This document shows, piece by piece, positions 29,936 through 44,035 of a DNA stretch of 64,000 nt. The stretch lies in NCBI GenBank assembly GCA_964016885.1, contig OZ024742.1, positions 287,680,001 to 287,744,000 of the forward strand, in the 5' to 3' direction. The first letter of the stretch is position 1. Each line of letters opens with the position of its first letter. Origin of the DNA: Eledone cirrhosa. Lineage: Eukaryota. The position numbers and the translations under genes are program-made. The notes below the pieces were generated by a model, which saw nothing but the letters and a program-made list of their open reading frames with translations, had not been told where the DNA came from and made no database searches.

Positions 29936-30049
29936 CACCAAGCAAATTTTGTGAAAGGTGTTTGTAAGCTGCGAAACAAAAATTGGTGCATGTGAGAGAA
30001 AGAGACAGTAATTAAGTTCTGGTTGGAAACTGCAATCGAGGGAGGGCAA

Positions 30050-30310
30050 GTGACCGGAGCACATGGTTATAGGGATTTAGGTGAGATTCGTCGTCTTCTT
30101 CGTTAACTTATTCCTGAGAGGGTCCAGCGGATTCTGTCAGAAGCAACCATCTCCAAGCTCATGGATCTTATCCACCCATCTTGCTCAGGTCTACCCCTGG
30201 GTCTCTTGCTGGTTGGTTTTGCCCATAAAATCTGTCCAGCGATTCTTTCCCGAGACATTCTAACCACATGCCCATAGTATCGGTGCTGTGATCTCTTAAT
30301 TCGGAGAAAT
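30050..30310 (-). pseudogene. RTE-clade LINE ORF C-terminus fragment (related piece about 25590-25780)
   Basis: RSQHRYYGHVVRMSRERIAGQILWAKPTSKRPRGRP matches the RTE motif RW.GHV.RM...R..K.......GKRPRGRP. Confidence 0.75.
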
Positions 30311-30311
30311 A

Positions 30312-30850
30312 ACGGGGTCGATAAAATAAAGCACCAGTAATTCACTGGGGTCGATTTAATCGACTTTCCCCTCCCACAAAAATTGCTGGCCTTGTGCCTA
30401 TAGTAGAAGTTATTATTACTATTAAGTAAGAGCGGTGGATTAACAATATCGGTAGAGTGTCGGACACCATGCTTTGTAGCATAGAGTTACGGCCCTTTAC
30501 ATTCTGAGTTCAAAACCCGCTGAGGTTAGTTTCCCTTTCATCCTTAAGGGGTTGAAAAATAAAGTACCAGTAACGCACTGGTGTAGATTTAATCGACCCC
30601 ACCCCCACAAAAAAATTATTGGCCTTGTAACAAAATCAAAAACTATTATCATTATTGGCGGTGAATTGGCAGTATCGGTAGAAGGTCGGACGCCATGCTT
30701 TGACGCATAGAGTTACGGCCCTTGCCATTCTGAGTTCAAATCCCGCCGAGGTTAACTTTGCCTTTCATCCTTACGGGGTCGATAAAAATAAAGTACCAGT
30801 AATACACTGGATAATTGCTGACCTTGTGCCAAAAGTAGAAACAATTATTG
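30312..30850 (+). mobile_element. Three head-to-tail SINE family A copies
   Basis: Repeated SINE bodies separated only by short ATT-rich tails. Confidence 0.85.
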
Positions 30851-31519
30851 AGGTGGGGTGGAGAAGTTACCTGAGTTCGTGAGTTTCTGAATAAATATAG
30901 AATTACTTTAGAAACTTGATGCTTTTCTTTTTAATCGTGGGGTTGGATGTCATTACGCCCACTTGCATTCTGTTGGGGGGGGGGGGCATGGTCAGATAAT
31001 ATCCTGGTGGATACTCGAAATGCACTGAATAGTTTGTTTTTATTTGTTTGTGTGTAAGGAGACTTTTAAGTTGAGGATTATAGATAAATTATTAAATCTT
31101 TGGCTGGGCTTTGCATTGCTTCCGGGAAGTGAATTAATTTTACAATCACGAGTATATTGGAGATTGTAGGAATACGATGAAAACATCTGCCACACTTTTG
31201 TTCGGTGCAATTATAAAAAAAATTATAAAAAATGGCTATTATCACTTAAGAGATGGATCCGGTTCCCAGCCAAGTTTACTTTGAATATCACTCCACCGTT
31301 CTCTAGAAGCACAAGCAGCAAGGTTTGTCTTTTTTTCCTTTTCAACGAATATTTCAGCATTTAAGTGTCACTTGAAACGGAAGTTAATGTTTCACAGAGA
31401 TTTTCTACGATCCAGGAAATTTCACAGAAGATCGGTGGCAGTAGGGGGCTAAGTGGCAGTAGGGGGTTGAGTGGATGAAGAGACTTTTATATAAATATTT
31501 TTTGTGAGGAAAGAATAGC

Positions 31520-31850
31520 TGGACACATTTTACGGGCTAAACCAATCACATGTCCGGAGTACCGGAGTACCGGAGCTGTGATCTCTCAATTCGGAGAAGT
31601 AGCGACTCTACCTGGAGCAACTCTCCGATCTTCAAGCTACGCACTCTATTAAGTAACGTTACTCCAAAGACCCTTCAGAGGAACCCCATTTCGGCCGCTT
31701 ATATTCGCGATAGTATTCTTTCGGTCATTACTCAAGATTCATGTTTATAGTTAAGGGTTGGCACGAATATCCAACTGAAGGTAATGAGTTTGGCTTTTAC
31801 ACCTACCTCCCTTCTTCTGATTACCGAATGTTGAAACTGGCGCATCACAT
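31520..31850 (-). pseudogene. RTE-clade LINE fragment
   Basis: Minus translation AAEMGFL*RVFGVTLLNRVRSLKIGELLQVESLLLRIERSQLRY. Confidence 0.7.
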
Positions 31851-32439
31851 ACAAACCCCAAATATTATAAAGATCCCCTAAACCCAAATAATTAGTTAAT
31901 TTCCTGTATCATTGATTGGACTATTCCAGATAAATCAACCCGTGCAAATTACGAAACCGATCGAATATATATTAAATGTATATATTAAATAAACAGATTT
32001 TTCCATTTGTTATTTCATAAAAGAATGATATACTAAAAAAGCTTTACAATGCCATAAAGAACGTCACAAGGAACTATCAAACTTTATTGACAAACCCTTT
32101 TTTTCTCGAACCCTAAAACATTTTAATGAATGACCATAACAGCACTAACAACATACTATAAAAACACTACATATATACAAACACACAGTGTAATTTTTTA
32201 GAAATATAACCTATGAAACGGATACAGTGATCAGAGCACATAAACACACAAACAGCCACTGCAAATATACACAGAGAACACTAGTGAAATACTTCAAATA
32301 CAACTAAATTTAATATCTGAGACAGGGAAGTGTATGAAAATATAGGTTGATCTACAAATGAACTGCGCTAGCAGACATAAAACATCAAATTTAAAATAAA
32401 TGAGAATGGGAATGTCTGGATAACAATAAGCCTGTTAAT

Positions 32440-33105
32440 CTTATTTGGAATAAAGAAAGAAAAAAAATTAAAATAAGAGAAAGGGAAAAAAAGAGGAACA
32501 TGTCTAAGCAGTATATCTCAGCTGCACCTTGCGGACGAGATGGCGAAAACATTGCCACGGCGAGCAGACAACAACAACATTCGCTGCACCAATCACTAAG
32601 CCTTCACGGGGGCGTCTCCTTCAAACGGGATGCACTCCTCCCAAGTTTTCGGAGAAAAACGGCAGTTCGGGAACCAAGGACAGACAGCGACCGACACGAT
32701 AAGAAAACAGTCGGTCAAGTCACGATATCTTCTGTTTCTCTGTGTTACGGGTGGCAGCAGCCGAAGCGACAAGATTAGGTGCGGAAAACGTGTCGCAGCA
32801 TGTGGCGTCCCTGACTAGTGATTTACCCGGCTTGAACGGGCAAAGGGTTATCCATTCTGGGTGTTTACCGTCACCATGGTCTAGGCTGGCAGGCTCCGAC
32901 TGTAATGAAACATCAGCAGTGTCAAGGTTCCTTCTTATGTTATTCAAGGCGATGTGTCTAGGGAACCGACTTACGTTGTGATGGCAAGAGTGCAGATGAA
33001 GTTCGAACTCGTCGAGCATAGCTCCACAGTGGCATTTGTGTGGCTCACATAAGCAGGGACTAAGGCGTGAGTCACTTCTATGTGGGAGCGGGTCAGTCAC
33101 CATTC
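32440..33105 (-). pseudogene. CRE-like non-LTR retrotransposon C-terminus (Zn knuckle + restriction-like endonuclease)
   Basis: CHCG..D....H..SC......RH..LN..RR.L.......EP..L...DGKHPEWITLCPFKPGKSLVRDATCCDT resembles DGKRPDG.TL.PW..GK.L.WD.T. Confidence 0.75.
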
Positions 33106-33170
33106 AGCTTCTTTACTTGCTCTATTTAAAATGTTTTGAACCCCTTTTGTCAATGAGTTTACATCTCATC

Positions 33171-33270
<100 letters not shown>

Positions 33271-33764
33271 GATGTTGTTGGATCTCCAACCTTCATGTAA
33301 AATTACCATTACAAAAGGCTGAGCTTTCCACAAACATGTACCCACTTAGCGTAGTTATCGCAGAGTTGACTAAAGCAGCGAAAGATAAAGTGTCTTGCTC
33401 AAGGATACACCAGGCCGCCGGAAATCGAACTCATGACCTTACGATAATGAGCCGAACATCTTAAATGATTCGTTATATATTTTTCAAATGTTGCTTGCTA
33501 TGTTTCAAATCCCATAAAACCGTGTTGTGGTTAGTGTAGTGTTAAATGTCATATCTAACCATACTGTTGTTCCTTTTCTATTCTCTTGATTCTGTGTGTG
33601 TGTGTGTGTGTGCGTGCGTGCGCGCGCACTCAATGCGAAATTCACACGAGCGTAATGTCAGTGGAATGAGGTTAGGTGTGTTAACATCGTAAAGATGTTA
33701 CATCTAGCTCGTCTCTACCAAAGGAAGAAAGTTATAAAAAAAAATAGTAAGAAGGAAGAAGTGT

Positions 33765-33815
<51 letters not shown>

Positions 33816-34031
33816 AACCGTGGTGACATTTAAGTTGATCATAAACGTGAAGGCGAAACTCCAAACACCTTACATTTGAGGACTTCCAGCATAGAGCGTG
33901 GATGATAGGCTGAGTGTCAGAAAAGTTGTAAGAAATACATCAACGATATATTAGAAGCAGGTTCTATTATTGTGTATATGGAAAAATCTAGGTTTGGGAG
34001 CCATTTGCTCCTTCCATTTTCGCATGTTTGC

Positions 34032-34079
<48 letters not shown>

Positions 34080-34080
34080 T

Positions 34081-37000
34081 CAGGACCCGGAAAATCGACT
34101 GGTGGTCCTAGACGTTAACGGTAGTGAAGGTGGAGCCTTCAGGCTGGTGGCTGCAATATGCCCCATCCGGGAAACCGCGGCCAGACTTCTTCAAACGTCT
34201 AGAGACTTTTCTGGGAACGTCCCGCTCCTTGCTTTTAGTGGGGGACTGGAATGGAATCCTAGATGCACGTTGGGACTATGTGGGAGCATGTCCCGATAAA
34301 GGGGGTGTAACAGCCTCAAACAGTTAATCGATCGATTTGACCTGGCCGATAGATATCGACTAGATTTTCCGACTGTGCCACTGTGGACGTGGACTAATCT
34401 CAGCGGAACATCTAGATCGTACCTAGATAGGGTTCTAGTTAGAAATAAGGATAGGGACATGTTAAGCTGTCCACAAATGTTTATGGTTGCCTATTCAGAT
34501 CACAAACTAGTGACCTGCATGGCCAACATTGATAGAACCCATAGACAAGGACCCGGCTACTGGAAGCTGAACTTGTCGTTACCGACAAGCAAAGCCTACA
34601 GTAGACGGATTAGCACTTTAGTTAAACAGCACTTGACAGGGGCCATTGTCAACAACAGATGGTGGTACTCTCTCAAGAGGGCAGTTAGATTAGACTCGTT
34701 AGTTTTTAGTAAAGAATTAGCGTTAGATAGAAATAGAACCGAGAAGGTACTGGTAGATAAAGTAGAAGAGGCAATTAGAAGTGGCAACGTAGCCAGCGTG
34801 CTAGCAACGAGAACGGCCTTGGACCAGTTCTTCGACGCAAAGCACGAGGGCTGCGTTGTCAGAAGCAAAATACGTGCTCAGGGAAACGAGGGAGCCAAAG
34901 CTGTTAGCTGGGCCCGAGTGACGGAGGCAAACGATTCGGTCTTTGAAGGACCAAAACGGACGCGTGATACGTGAGCCGAAGCAGATGTGTGCGGCCTTTC
35001 AGCGGCACTTTGCTCAACTGTTCGGGCAGGGCGGCGCGGCGGGACGGTCTATGGATTTCGGTCCATACCTCGACGGCCTACCGCGACTCTCGGACAGCGA
35101 GACAAAGTTCTGCTAAAAGATGATTTCAGCCGTTGAGATAGGGGACGCGCTGAGCCAATGCGGCAAACGCAAATCTCCAGGTCTCGACGGTCTACCCTAA
35201 GAATTTTACGTACCAATGCCGGACTTATTCTCCGATCTCCTGAAAGAGGTCTACTGCAACTGGCAACAGAACGGGAGAATTCCCAGTTCTGTGACCGGGG
35301 GCGTAGTCACACTAGTCAAGAAGGACGAGAATAAGGGGATGACATAGGCAACTTCCGGCCCATAACTCTGCTAAACACAGAGTTACAGATTTTGGCCAAG
35401 GTGTTGGCAAAGAGGCTGGCGCTTGTCGTCGAGAACCTGGTGGGAGAAGCGCAGACATGCGCAATCCCGACTAGGTCCATACACGACAACCTCCACCTCA
35501 TGCGATACATCATAGAGAGGGTAGGGTGTAAACCCGGCTTCGGTGGGGCCCTGATCAACTTGGATCAGTCTAAGGCTTTCGATAGGGTGGACCATCGTTA
35601 CCTAGATGCGGTGCTCGAAGCGGCAGGCTTCGGACCCGTGTTCAGGGGCTGGATTGCTGCAATGCACAACAGCAACATCTGCTCAAGGGTCAAGGTCAAC
35701 GGCTACCTCTCGGAGCCGTTCCATATCACGCGATCCATTCGACAGGGATGCCCTCTCTCCTCCCTTCTATACATACTGACTCTCGAGCCACTACTGCGGA
35801 AGTTGGGGTTGTTGCAGGGCATCCCTCTGGAACCGGGACTACGGAAAGCGGCGCCGGCCTACGCCGACGACGTAACAGTAATGGTGTCGACCGCCTCGCA
35901 AATCGAGGAAGTCGACACCTTACTGAAGGAATACGAAAGTTTCACAGGAGCGAAGCTGAACCGGGACAGGTCCATCGGTTTGCAACTCGGATCGTGGAGA
36001 GGCAAATCGATGACTTCCGATGGCGTCGTCGGACGCTGGACGGAAGTACCGATAAAGCTGCTCGGGGTCTGGTTTGGTCCGAACCTCCAGGTGAAGAAGA
36101 ACTGGAACGAGGTGACGGCCAAGGTGTTTGCACTCACCCAGAAGTGGGCCGATTGCAAACTATCCTTGAAAGGTCGAGCGGAGGTGGCGAACACTTTTAT
36201 AGCGTCCGCCATCTACTACCGCATGACCGTCGTGCCTTGCCCAGCCAAAACGCTCACCAAAATGGAGCGCGCGCTCTTCCAATTCCTTTGTAAAAAGCGG
36301 GCTCCTTCGGTGAGAAGATCCATCTGCTGACAACACCCTTCCAACGGAGGGCTGGGGATGCCGTCGATGACGATGCGCAAACACGCGCTCAGGCTGCGGC
36401 ATCTCTACGTATTCCTCACCGGACAACCGGTGTGGGACCCGTTCGTGAGGCGAGCCTTCCCACGACTCGTCTCGCTGACCGAGCTGCAGTCCTGGGTCAA
36501 GCAAAGACCGAGGAAAATGAGCGACTGGCACATCGAATGTGCTCAGGCGCTCACAGCCCTCTGGCAGGCGGACCCGGCGATCAGTGGAGACTCCACTTCG
36601 TCATTCTATAGAGGGTTGATCCGCAGCAAGTGCGACGACGCGTTCGGTGAAACTCTAGGCGTAGAGGAAGATGAACTGGCCAGTCTGTTCGGTAGGACCT
36701 TCCGCCCGGGACCGATGGACAACTTCCAAAAGTCCCTGGCCTGGCAGTGCTACCGAGGAGCTCTACCAGTTCGAGACAAGCTCTACAGACATGGGCGCCC
36801 GGTCAGGGACCCTGCAAAAAAGATCTGTCCGAGGTGCGTGCGAGACGAAGAAACCGTCGCGCACGCATTCATACACTGCCCGGGCGCCACCTACCTGTGG
36901 GGCTATGTAGAACGACTATTGTCGCGGGTGGGACCAATCCGGTTGACCACCGAGTCCATTGTCATGATCAAACCGCCACCCTCCTTCAAAAACGAAGGAG

Positions 37001-37250
37001 AGGCGGTTTTCCTTTGTGTGATAGCTATGGCGAAAGAGGTTGTATGGTGGACAAGGTTGAAAGGGCTGAGTCCGGCCAACAACTGATTCTTTTTTTCAAA
37101 TACCACTTTGGAAGAAGAATCAGGATGGAGAGAGAGGACTAATTTTTTTAATTCCATCTGTGATAACATTTTACACGTTTTTATTGTATGTAAACTTCCC
37201 CCTTTGTATTTGTCCCCTTCTTTTGTGCCTCTGTGGCTAATAAAGAAACA
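34081..37250 (+). mobile_element. 5'-truncated Tx1/L1-clade LINE ORF2 (APE endonuclease, RT, CCHC), disrupted
   Basis: VGDWN, TWTN, SYLDR, SDHK, GPGYWKLN; LDQSKAFDRVDH, QGCPLS, YADDV; CPRC..DEETVAH...C; several stops and frameshifts; AATAAA at 3' end. Confidence 0.93.
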
Positions 37251-37361
37251 TATCTATCTATCTATCTATCTGTCTGTCTGTCTATCTATCTATCTGCCAA
37301 TATGTTTGTGTGCCAATTTATCTGTCTCTCTGCCTATCTCTCTGTCTATCTATCTGTTTCC

Positions 37362-38036
37362 AGATGCATGTGCGACGAGGAAACCGTTGCACACGCATTG
37401 GTACACTGCTCGGGCATTGCCGACCTGTGGGGCTATGTCGAACAACTGCTGTCAAGGGTGGGACCAATCCGGTTGACCACCGAGTCTATTGTAACGATGA
37501 AGCCGCCTACCCTCTTCAAAAACGAAGGAGAGGCTGTGTTTCTGTGCGTAATAGCCATGGCGAAAGAGGTTGTATGGTGGACGCGTCTGAAAGGACTGAG
37601 GTCAGACACCTTTCTCTCTGGCCAACAACTGGTCCGTTTCTTCCGATATCATTTCGGAAGAAGGATCAGGGTGGAGAGAGAGGTGCTGCACCCCAGCCGT
37701 TTTTATGAAAGATGGGTGAAAGTGGCGAGAATGGCCCGTGTAAATGGGCCTTCACTCTACATCAGACTGTAGGTGAGGAAGATGAAAGATCAAGGGAGCA
37801 CCCTCTCTCTGTGCTCCTGAGGAGAAGGGTTGCACACTTTTTCGGGGGTGTGTGCGACCCCCCAAGGCGCCCTCCTCCCTATTGAGGATTTTGTTATTAA
37901 ATTTATTTTTGTTATATTTTATTTTATTTTTATATCTTGTTATTGCCTCCTCCTTATTGAGGACGCCTTTTCATGTAAACTCCCCCCTTTGTACTTGTCC
38001 CACTTTTTGATGCCCTGGTGGCAAATAAAAAGAAAG
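37362..38036 (+). mobile_element. Tx1/L1 LINE 3' fragment, same family
   Basis: DEETVAHALVHC...RFYERWVKVARMARVNG, 3' UTR and AATAAA. Confidence 0.9.
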
Positions 38037-38708
38037 TTATCTATTTGTCTCTCCACCCGTCTGTCTGTATGTATGTCTGCCAATCTATCTATCTGTCTCT
38101 GCCTATCTGCCTGTCTATCTGTTAATCTATCTATCTGTCTGTCTGCATCTCTTTGTATTTCAGTTTATCTATCTGTCTATTTATCTGTCTCTGGCTAACT
38201 GTCTGTCTGTCTGTCTATCTGTTTGTATGTCAATATATCTATCTATCTGTCTGTACAATGGCTATCTGTACAATGTGCTTAACCACTGGATCGGTGTTAA
38301 ACGTTCTATCGACCGCCTTTGCATCATTATTATAAGGATTGCCTATAGCTACACAATAACTATATCACATAACCACCACCAACAACAACATCAACACCAA
38401 CATGAACAAAAACAACAACAACGACAACAACAACAACAAATATCCTCCCAGAGGATGAAGTAGTTAAGATAATATAGTCTTGACTTCCGCTTGACACTGG
38501 CATGACTTTTATTATGGAACAAAGGTAGGAGGGCGGATAGTACGTAAGTGCTTTTTTCTATTTTTATACACGGGTTTTGTCTATGCCTCTATGTGTATGT
38601 ATATGAATGTTTATATGTGTGTCTGTAGTGTGTATGGTGTGTAAATGTAAATGGATACGTTAATATATATATATGTGTGCATGTTTGTATGTATCTGGAT
38701 AATCATAA

Positions 38709-38769
<61 letters not shown>

Positions 38770-38772
<3 letters not shown>

Positions 38773-40730
38773 TGCGATACATCATAGAGAGGGTAGGGTG
38801 TAAGAGGATAGGGTCGACCAACGGTATCGGGAGTTTGTCCTCAAAGCGGCTGGCTTCGGCCCTGTCTTCAGAAGCTGGATCGCTGCAATGCACAGCGGCA
38901 CACGCTCGGTGGTTAAGGTTAATGGCCACCTCTCAGAACTATTTCGGCTCTCCCGATCGGTCCGTCAAGGGTGCCCTCTCTCTTCCCTTCTGTACGTATT
39001 GACTCTCGAGCCTTTACTGCGGAAGCTGGAGCTGTTGCAGGGCATCCCGCTCGAACCGGGACGTGGAAAGGCGATGTCGGCTTTTGCGGTCGACATCGCC
39101 GTGATGGTGTCGGACACCTCAGAAATCGAGGTGGTTGGCACCTTATTGAAGGAATATGAAAGGTTGACAGGAGCCAAACTTAACCCGGAAAAGTCGGTGG
39201 GCTTGCAGCTCGGAACCTGGAGAGGCAAGCCTATGCCGTCCAACAGCGTCGTGGGGCGCTGGACGGACGGACCGGTAAAGTTGCTCGGGGTTTGGTTCGG
39301 ACCAGACCTCCAGGTGGAAAAGAATTGGGACGAGGTTACGAGCAGAATAGCCAGTCTCACCCAAAAATGGGCTGGGAGGAAGCTATCACTGAAAGTCGCG
39401 CGGAGGTGGCGAATGCGTACATCGTGTCCGTCATCTACTACCGCCTAACCGTCGTGCCTTGCCCTCGTCCGCGCCTCGTCAAGTTGGAACGGCTGCTCTT
39501 CAAATTCTTGTGGAGGGGACAAGTTCCGTTGGTGAGGCGGTCCATCTTCTGCCAGCACCCTCTACGCGGAGGGCTAGGCATGCCGTGGCTAATGATGCGC
39601 AGACATGCGTTGAGGCTGCGACATCTCCAGATATTCTGCCTAAACGGTGAACAGGTGTGGTCGCCGTTTATCAGACGGGCCTTTCCGCAGCTCGTTTCTT
39701 TGACTAAGCTGCAATTCTGAGTCAAGAAGAGACCAAGACTGGGTGACTGGCACCTGGAATGTTGCCAGGCACTCACTGCCCTCTACCAAGCGGGCAATGC
39801 GATCAGTGGAACTTCCACTCTCGAGTTCTATAGAGGATTAGTGGTGGGCAAGTGCGATGACGCACTCTGAGAAGCTTTGGGCCTCGACGAAGTCGAACTG
39901 ACCAGTCTGTACCGAAGGACTTTCGAGCCGGGGACGATGGACAATTTACGGAAATCCTTCGCTTGGCAGTGCTACCGGGGGGCACTGCCAGTTCGGGATA
40001 AACTCTACAGGCACGGAAGTGCTGTCAGACGGACCTCCCCAAGATGTGCACAGAACGACGAAACCGTTCTGCACACACTTATCCAATGTCCGTGTATTAC
40101 TGACTTGTGGAGTTATGTCGAACAGCTACTATCGCGTGTGGAACAAATCCGGCTATCGGCCGAGTCCATAGTGAAGATCGACCGCCACCTTCCTTAGGTC
40201 AGGAAGAGCAGGAAATTTTCCTCTGTCTGGTGGCCGTTGCGAAAGAGGTTATATGGTGGACCATATTAAAAGGACTGAAGACAGACACTTTTCTCTTCGG
40301 CCAATCCCTCACCAACTTCTTCAAGTTTCACCTGGAAAGGAAGGTGAAGGTGGAAAGAGAAGTGCTGCCCCCCAGTATATTTGCTAAAAGGTGGATGAAT
40401 GTGGCGAAAATGGCCCGTGTGAATGGGCCTACTCTGACCATGCGCCTATAGGCTAGCTAACTTGAGGAGAGGGGTGCTCTCCCTGGGTGCCCTAGAAGCG
40501 CAGGGTGGTTCAGGATTGGTGAGGTACCTGAGTTACGCCAGGGTCGTGAACCCCCTATCGGGGAATTCGTTTTGTTATATTTATGCATAGATTATTTTAT
40601 ATTTTTTATATCTACATTGTTAAATTAGTCTTGCCATTGTGCACTTTTACTCGACCTTATTGTAAACCCCCACTGTCCCTGTCTTTGTATTGTCCCCTAC
40701 ATGTCGGCTCTTGAGGCTAATAAATGAAAT
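38770..40730 (+). mobile_element. 5'-truncated Tx1/L1 LINE, related subfamily, disrupted
   Basis: MRYIIERVG, VRQGCPLS, WRGKPM, AWQCYRGALPVRDKLY; 3' end with AATAAA then (ATT)n(AGT)n. Confidence 0.92.
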
Positions 40731-40745
40731 CATTATTATTATTAT

Positions 40746-40798
<53 letters not shown>

Positions 40799-40916
40799 CA
40801 GATTAAAGTTTAAGCAAAGAATTTCTGCTTTCACCCTATACGGGATCTTCTGATACACACACACACACGCATACACATCTATATATACATATATGCATAT
40901 ATACATAAATATACAT

Positions 40917-41308
40917 ATATTAGGTATTAAATTAACAATGAAAATAAAAACAACAAAGTGAAGTTATTTTACCTATTCATATCAATGTTTTACGATCGTT
41001 TCGGGGGGTCGATCATATTGACATATTGTCTGATGTATAGCAGTTATATAACTGTAGACCTATCATACCTCATATATACTATCAGACCTCATATATAGGT
41101 TTGATCAGACCGTCTTCGGAAACAATGAAGAAGGCTGTCTGATCGAACCTATATATGAGGTCTGCTGGTATAGTTATATAACTGCTATAGATCAGACAAT
41201 ATGTCAATATGGTCGACCCTCCGAAACGATCGTAAAACAATGATATGAATAAGTAAAATAACTTGACTTTGTTATTTTTATTTTCATTGATAATTTAATA
41301 CCTAATAT
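40917..41308. mobile_element. Fold-back element with about 190-bp imperfect arms and a truncated hammerhead
   Basis: Arms 40917-41117 and 41128-41308; TGAAGA-AGG...CC-GAAA-CGATCG-TA. Confidence 0.75.
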
Positions 41309-41521
41309 CTGACTCTGTATTTAAGGAATTAACTCAGAACTTCTCTATGGATTTCACTGGATTACTCACCATCGGATTACATTGAGTTCTATCTACGGTA
41401 CGGACCCTACCACCAAGAGTAGACCACACTGATAAATATACATCTATACATATATATGCACACACACACACACACACATACACACATACACACACACACA
41501 TACATACACATATATATATAC

Positions 41522-41569
<48 letters not shown>

Positions 41570-41604
41570 GGATTAAGAGGGACGAGCCTGCGTGGTATAC
41601 ATAA

Positions 41605-41644
<40 letters not shown>

Positions 41645-41647
41645 CAT

Positions 41648-41715
41648 CTCTGTCTGATGACCGATCCAGACGTATATTAATATTGTCTGGGATCCAGAAA
41701 CCTTTGGTAATGGAG
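41648..41715 (+). ncRNA. Type I hammerhead motif with long stem II
   Basis: CTCTGT-CTGATGA-CC GATCCAGAC...GTCTGGGATC CA-GAAA-CC TTT GG-TA-ATGGAG. Confidence 0.7.
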
Positions 41716-41789
41716 TAGTTATATTTTGTTGTTCACTTTCTAATTAAATAGCTAGCTCTGTTCTATACACAGAGCACTCTTTTTTCCTA

Positions 41790-41859
<70 letters not shown>

Positions 41860-41868
41860 TCTACATAT

Positions 41869-41953
<85 letters not shown>

Positions 41954-43204
41954 GTGTGTGTGTGTAAGCAAAAGGGATATTTAATTTGTTGGTAATTCAA
42001 CAAATATATATGTTTATAACTGATTCGAAGCACTCGACAAGTTTTCTGGAGTATAATATTCAATGATATTAAATAAATGGAAACTATATTTATAAGTTTA
42101 TATAGTTTCCATTTATTTAATATCATTGCATATATATATATATATAATATACACACATACATACAACCCCAGCATACAACCATACAAATACACACATACA
42201 TACACATACCATACACAGATGCATAAATCCACCCCCCATTCATACATAGATATTGATATAGGTGAACGTTTTTGTTTGTTTGTTGTTATATTTTACCATA
42301 ACTCCAGTATGTAAAATGGGTTATATACATCACATCTGTGTTAAGAGTAAAACTTTGACCTTTTCTGCATAAACAGCTTCTCACTATGACAGGTGTATAC
42401 ATTGAAACAGTTCTGAAACCTTGCATACAAGTCTAATACTCTGAATGGATGTAGTCTAATACGGAAGTACACTAAATCCTGCAAACTATACGCTTTTATA
42501 TACTAGGGTTGTCTTATCCATATTTATCTGAAATGTTGACATTTCAATGATAAACACTCAATTGATTATATTTATTTTATTTGTCTATTTTTTGTATCTT
42601 TTTAAAGCCCAATCCAGCACTTCCTCCATTTTATCTTTTCGATAATAGTACACTATATATATATAAATATGTATATATATATATATAAATACAATTATCC
42701 TGAATCGAAACTTCGGCCCACGAAATAACGAAAAACAATCTCCGAAATGTGCGGCAAAGTGCTCAATGGTTCGGATGAACCAGAGCTATAACTAACGTTT
42801 AATACCAAACACACTGAGACGATGTTTAAACAATCATTCGCACAGCCAAAAAATACGATCAAGTAATTCGGGTCAAACAAATAAAAATATACATGATATA
42901 TATATAGAGATTAGAGCAAACATCACGGGCGCTCTATCTCAAAATTATTTTTGAAAAGCATTAGAAATGCGCAACCGGTAAAAACTTAAAACCAAAACTG
43001 AATACTAACCAATACTTATTACTAATTTTTACTTATTCCTAATTAAACTATTTTTCACTGGGAACAATTTGTCAACATTTTCTTTTCCTTTTACCAATAT
43101 ATATATATATATGTGTGTGTGTGAGTGTGCGTGTACATACACATACTGTACATATATATATGCATATACATATATATACAAACGCGTATATGCATATATA
43201 TATT

Positions 43205-43237
<33 letters not shown>

Positions 43238-43798
43238 ATACATATATAAACATAAATATGTGTATACATATAAACATACATATATGTATATACATATATA
43301 TGTATATAGACATATGTAGATACATATGTGTGTGTGTGCGTGTATGTTACAGACATATATAGAAGAGCGTAGAGACTAATACAGATACACAAATATATAG
43401 ACAGATGCAAGCGCACAAACACACATACAGAGAGAGAGAGAGGGGGGGAGAGAGAGGGGGAGAGAGAGTGAGTGAGAGAGCGAGAGAGAGAGAGAAAGAG
43501 AGAGAGAGAAAGAAGTCTCTATACACATCCTCCACAATTCTTCGTTGATATACAACTCTAGCGGGAAACATGAATTAATAGAAAATTAATCAAATTATGT
43601 ATAGAAATACATACATATATACATTAAAGAGGAAAAAGGAAAACAGTACTCATTCGGGAAGAGAGCTGATATATTATATTATTTATTTATGTTCATACAC
43701 GGAACAAAAGCGCTAGCTAGGGTTATGGGCCATATTTCCAAAATGTAAGAGGGATCAAAATTGTGACCTAATCTCTATGACGTAAATAAATTATATAC

Positions 43799-43864
<66 letters not shown>

Positions 43865-43992
43865 GTGAGGTTTTTTTTACAAAATGAAAAATAACCGAGG
43901 TGTCCTACACGAGTGAAAGTATAAAGAAAAGAAGATGAAATCGAAAATGCAACTGGAGTCTTATTTAAAAATATATATATATATTTATTTGG

Positions 43993-44035
43993 TTCCTTTA
44001 CCGGTTTCGCAGTTCTTCTGCTTTTCAAAAGTAGA
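43993..44035 (-). ncRNA. Hammerhead motif with U3-A8 core, in a repeat shared with 53177-53370
   Basis: CTT-TTGAAAA-GCAG AAGAA CTGC-GAAA-CCGG-TA-AAG. Confidence 0.7.
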
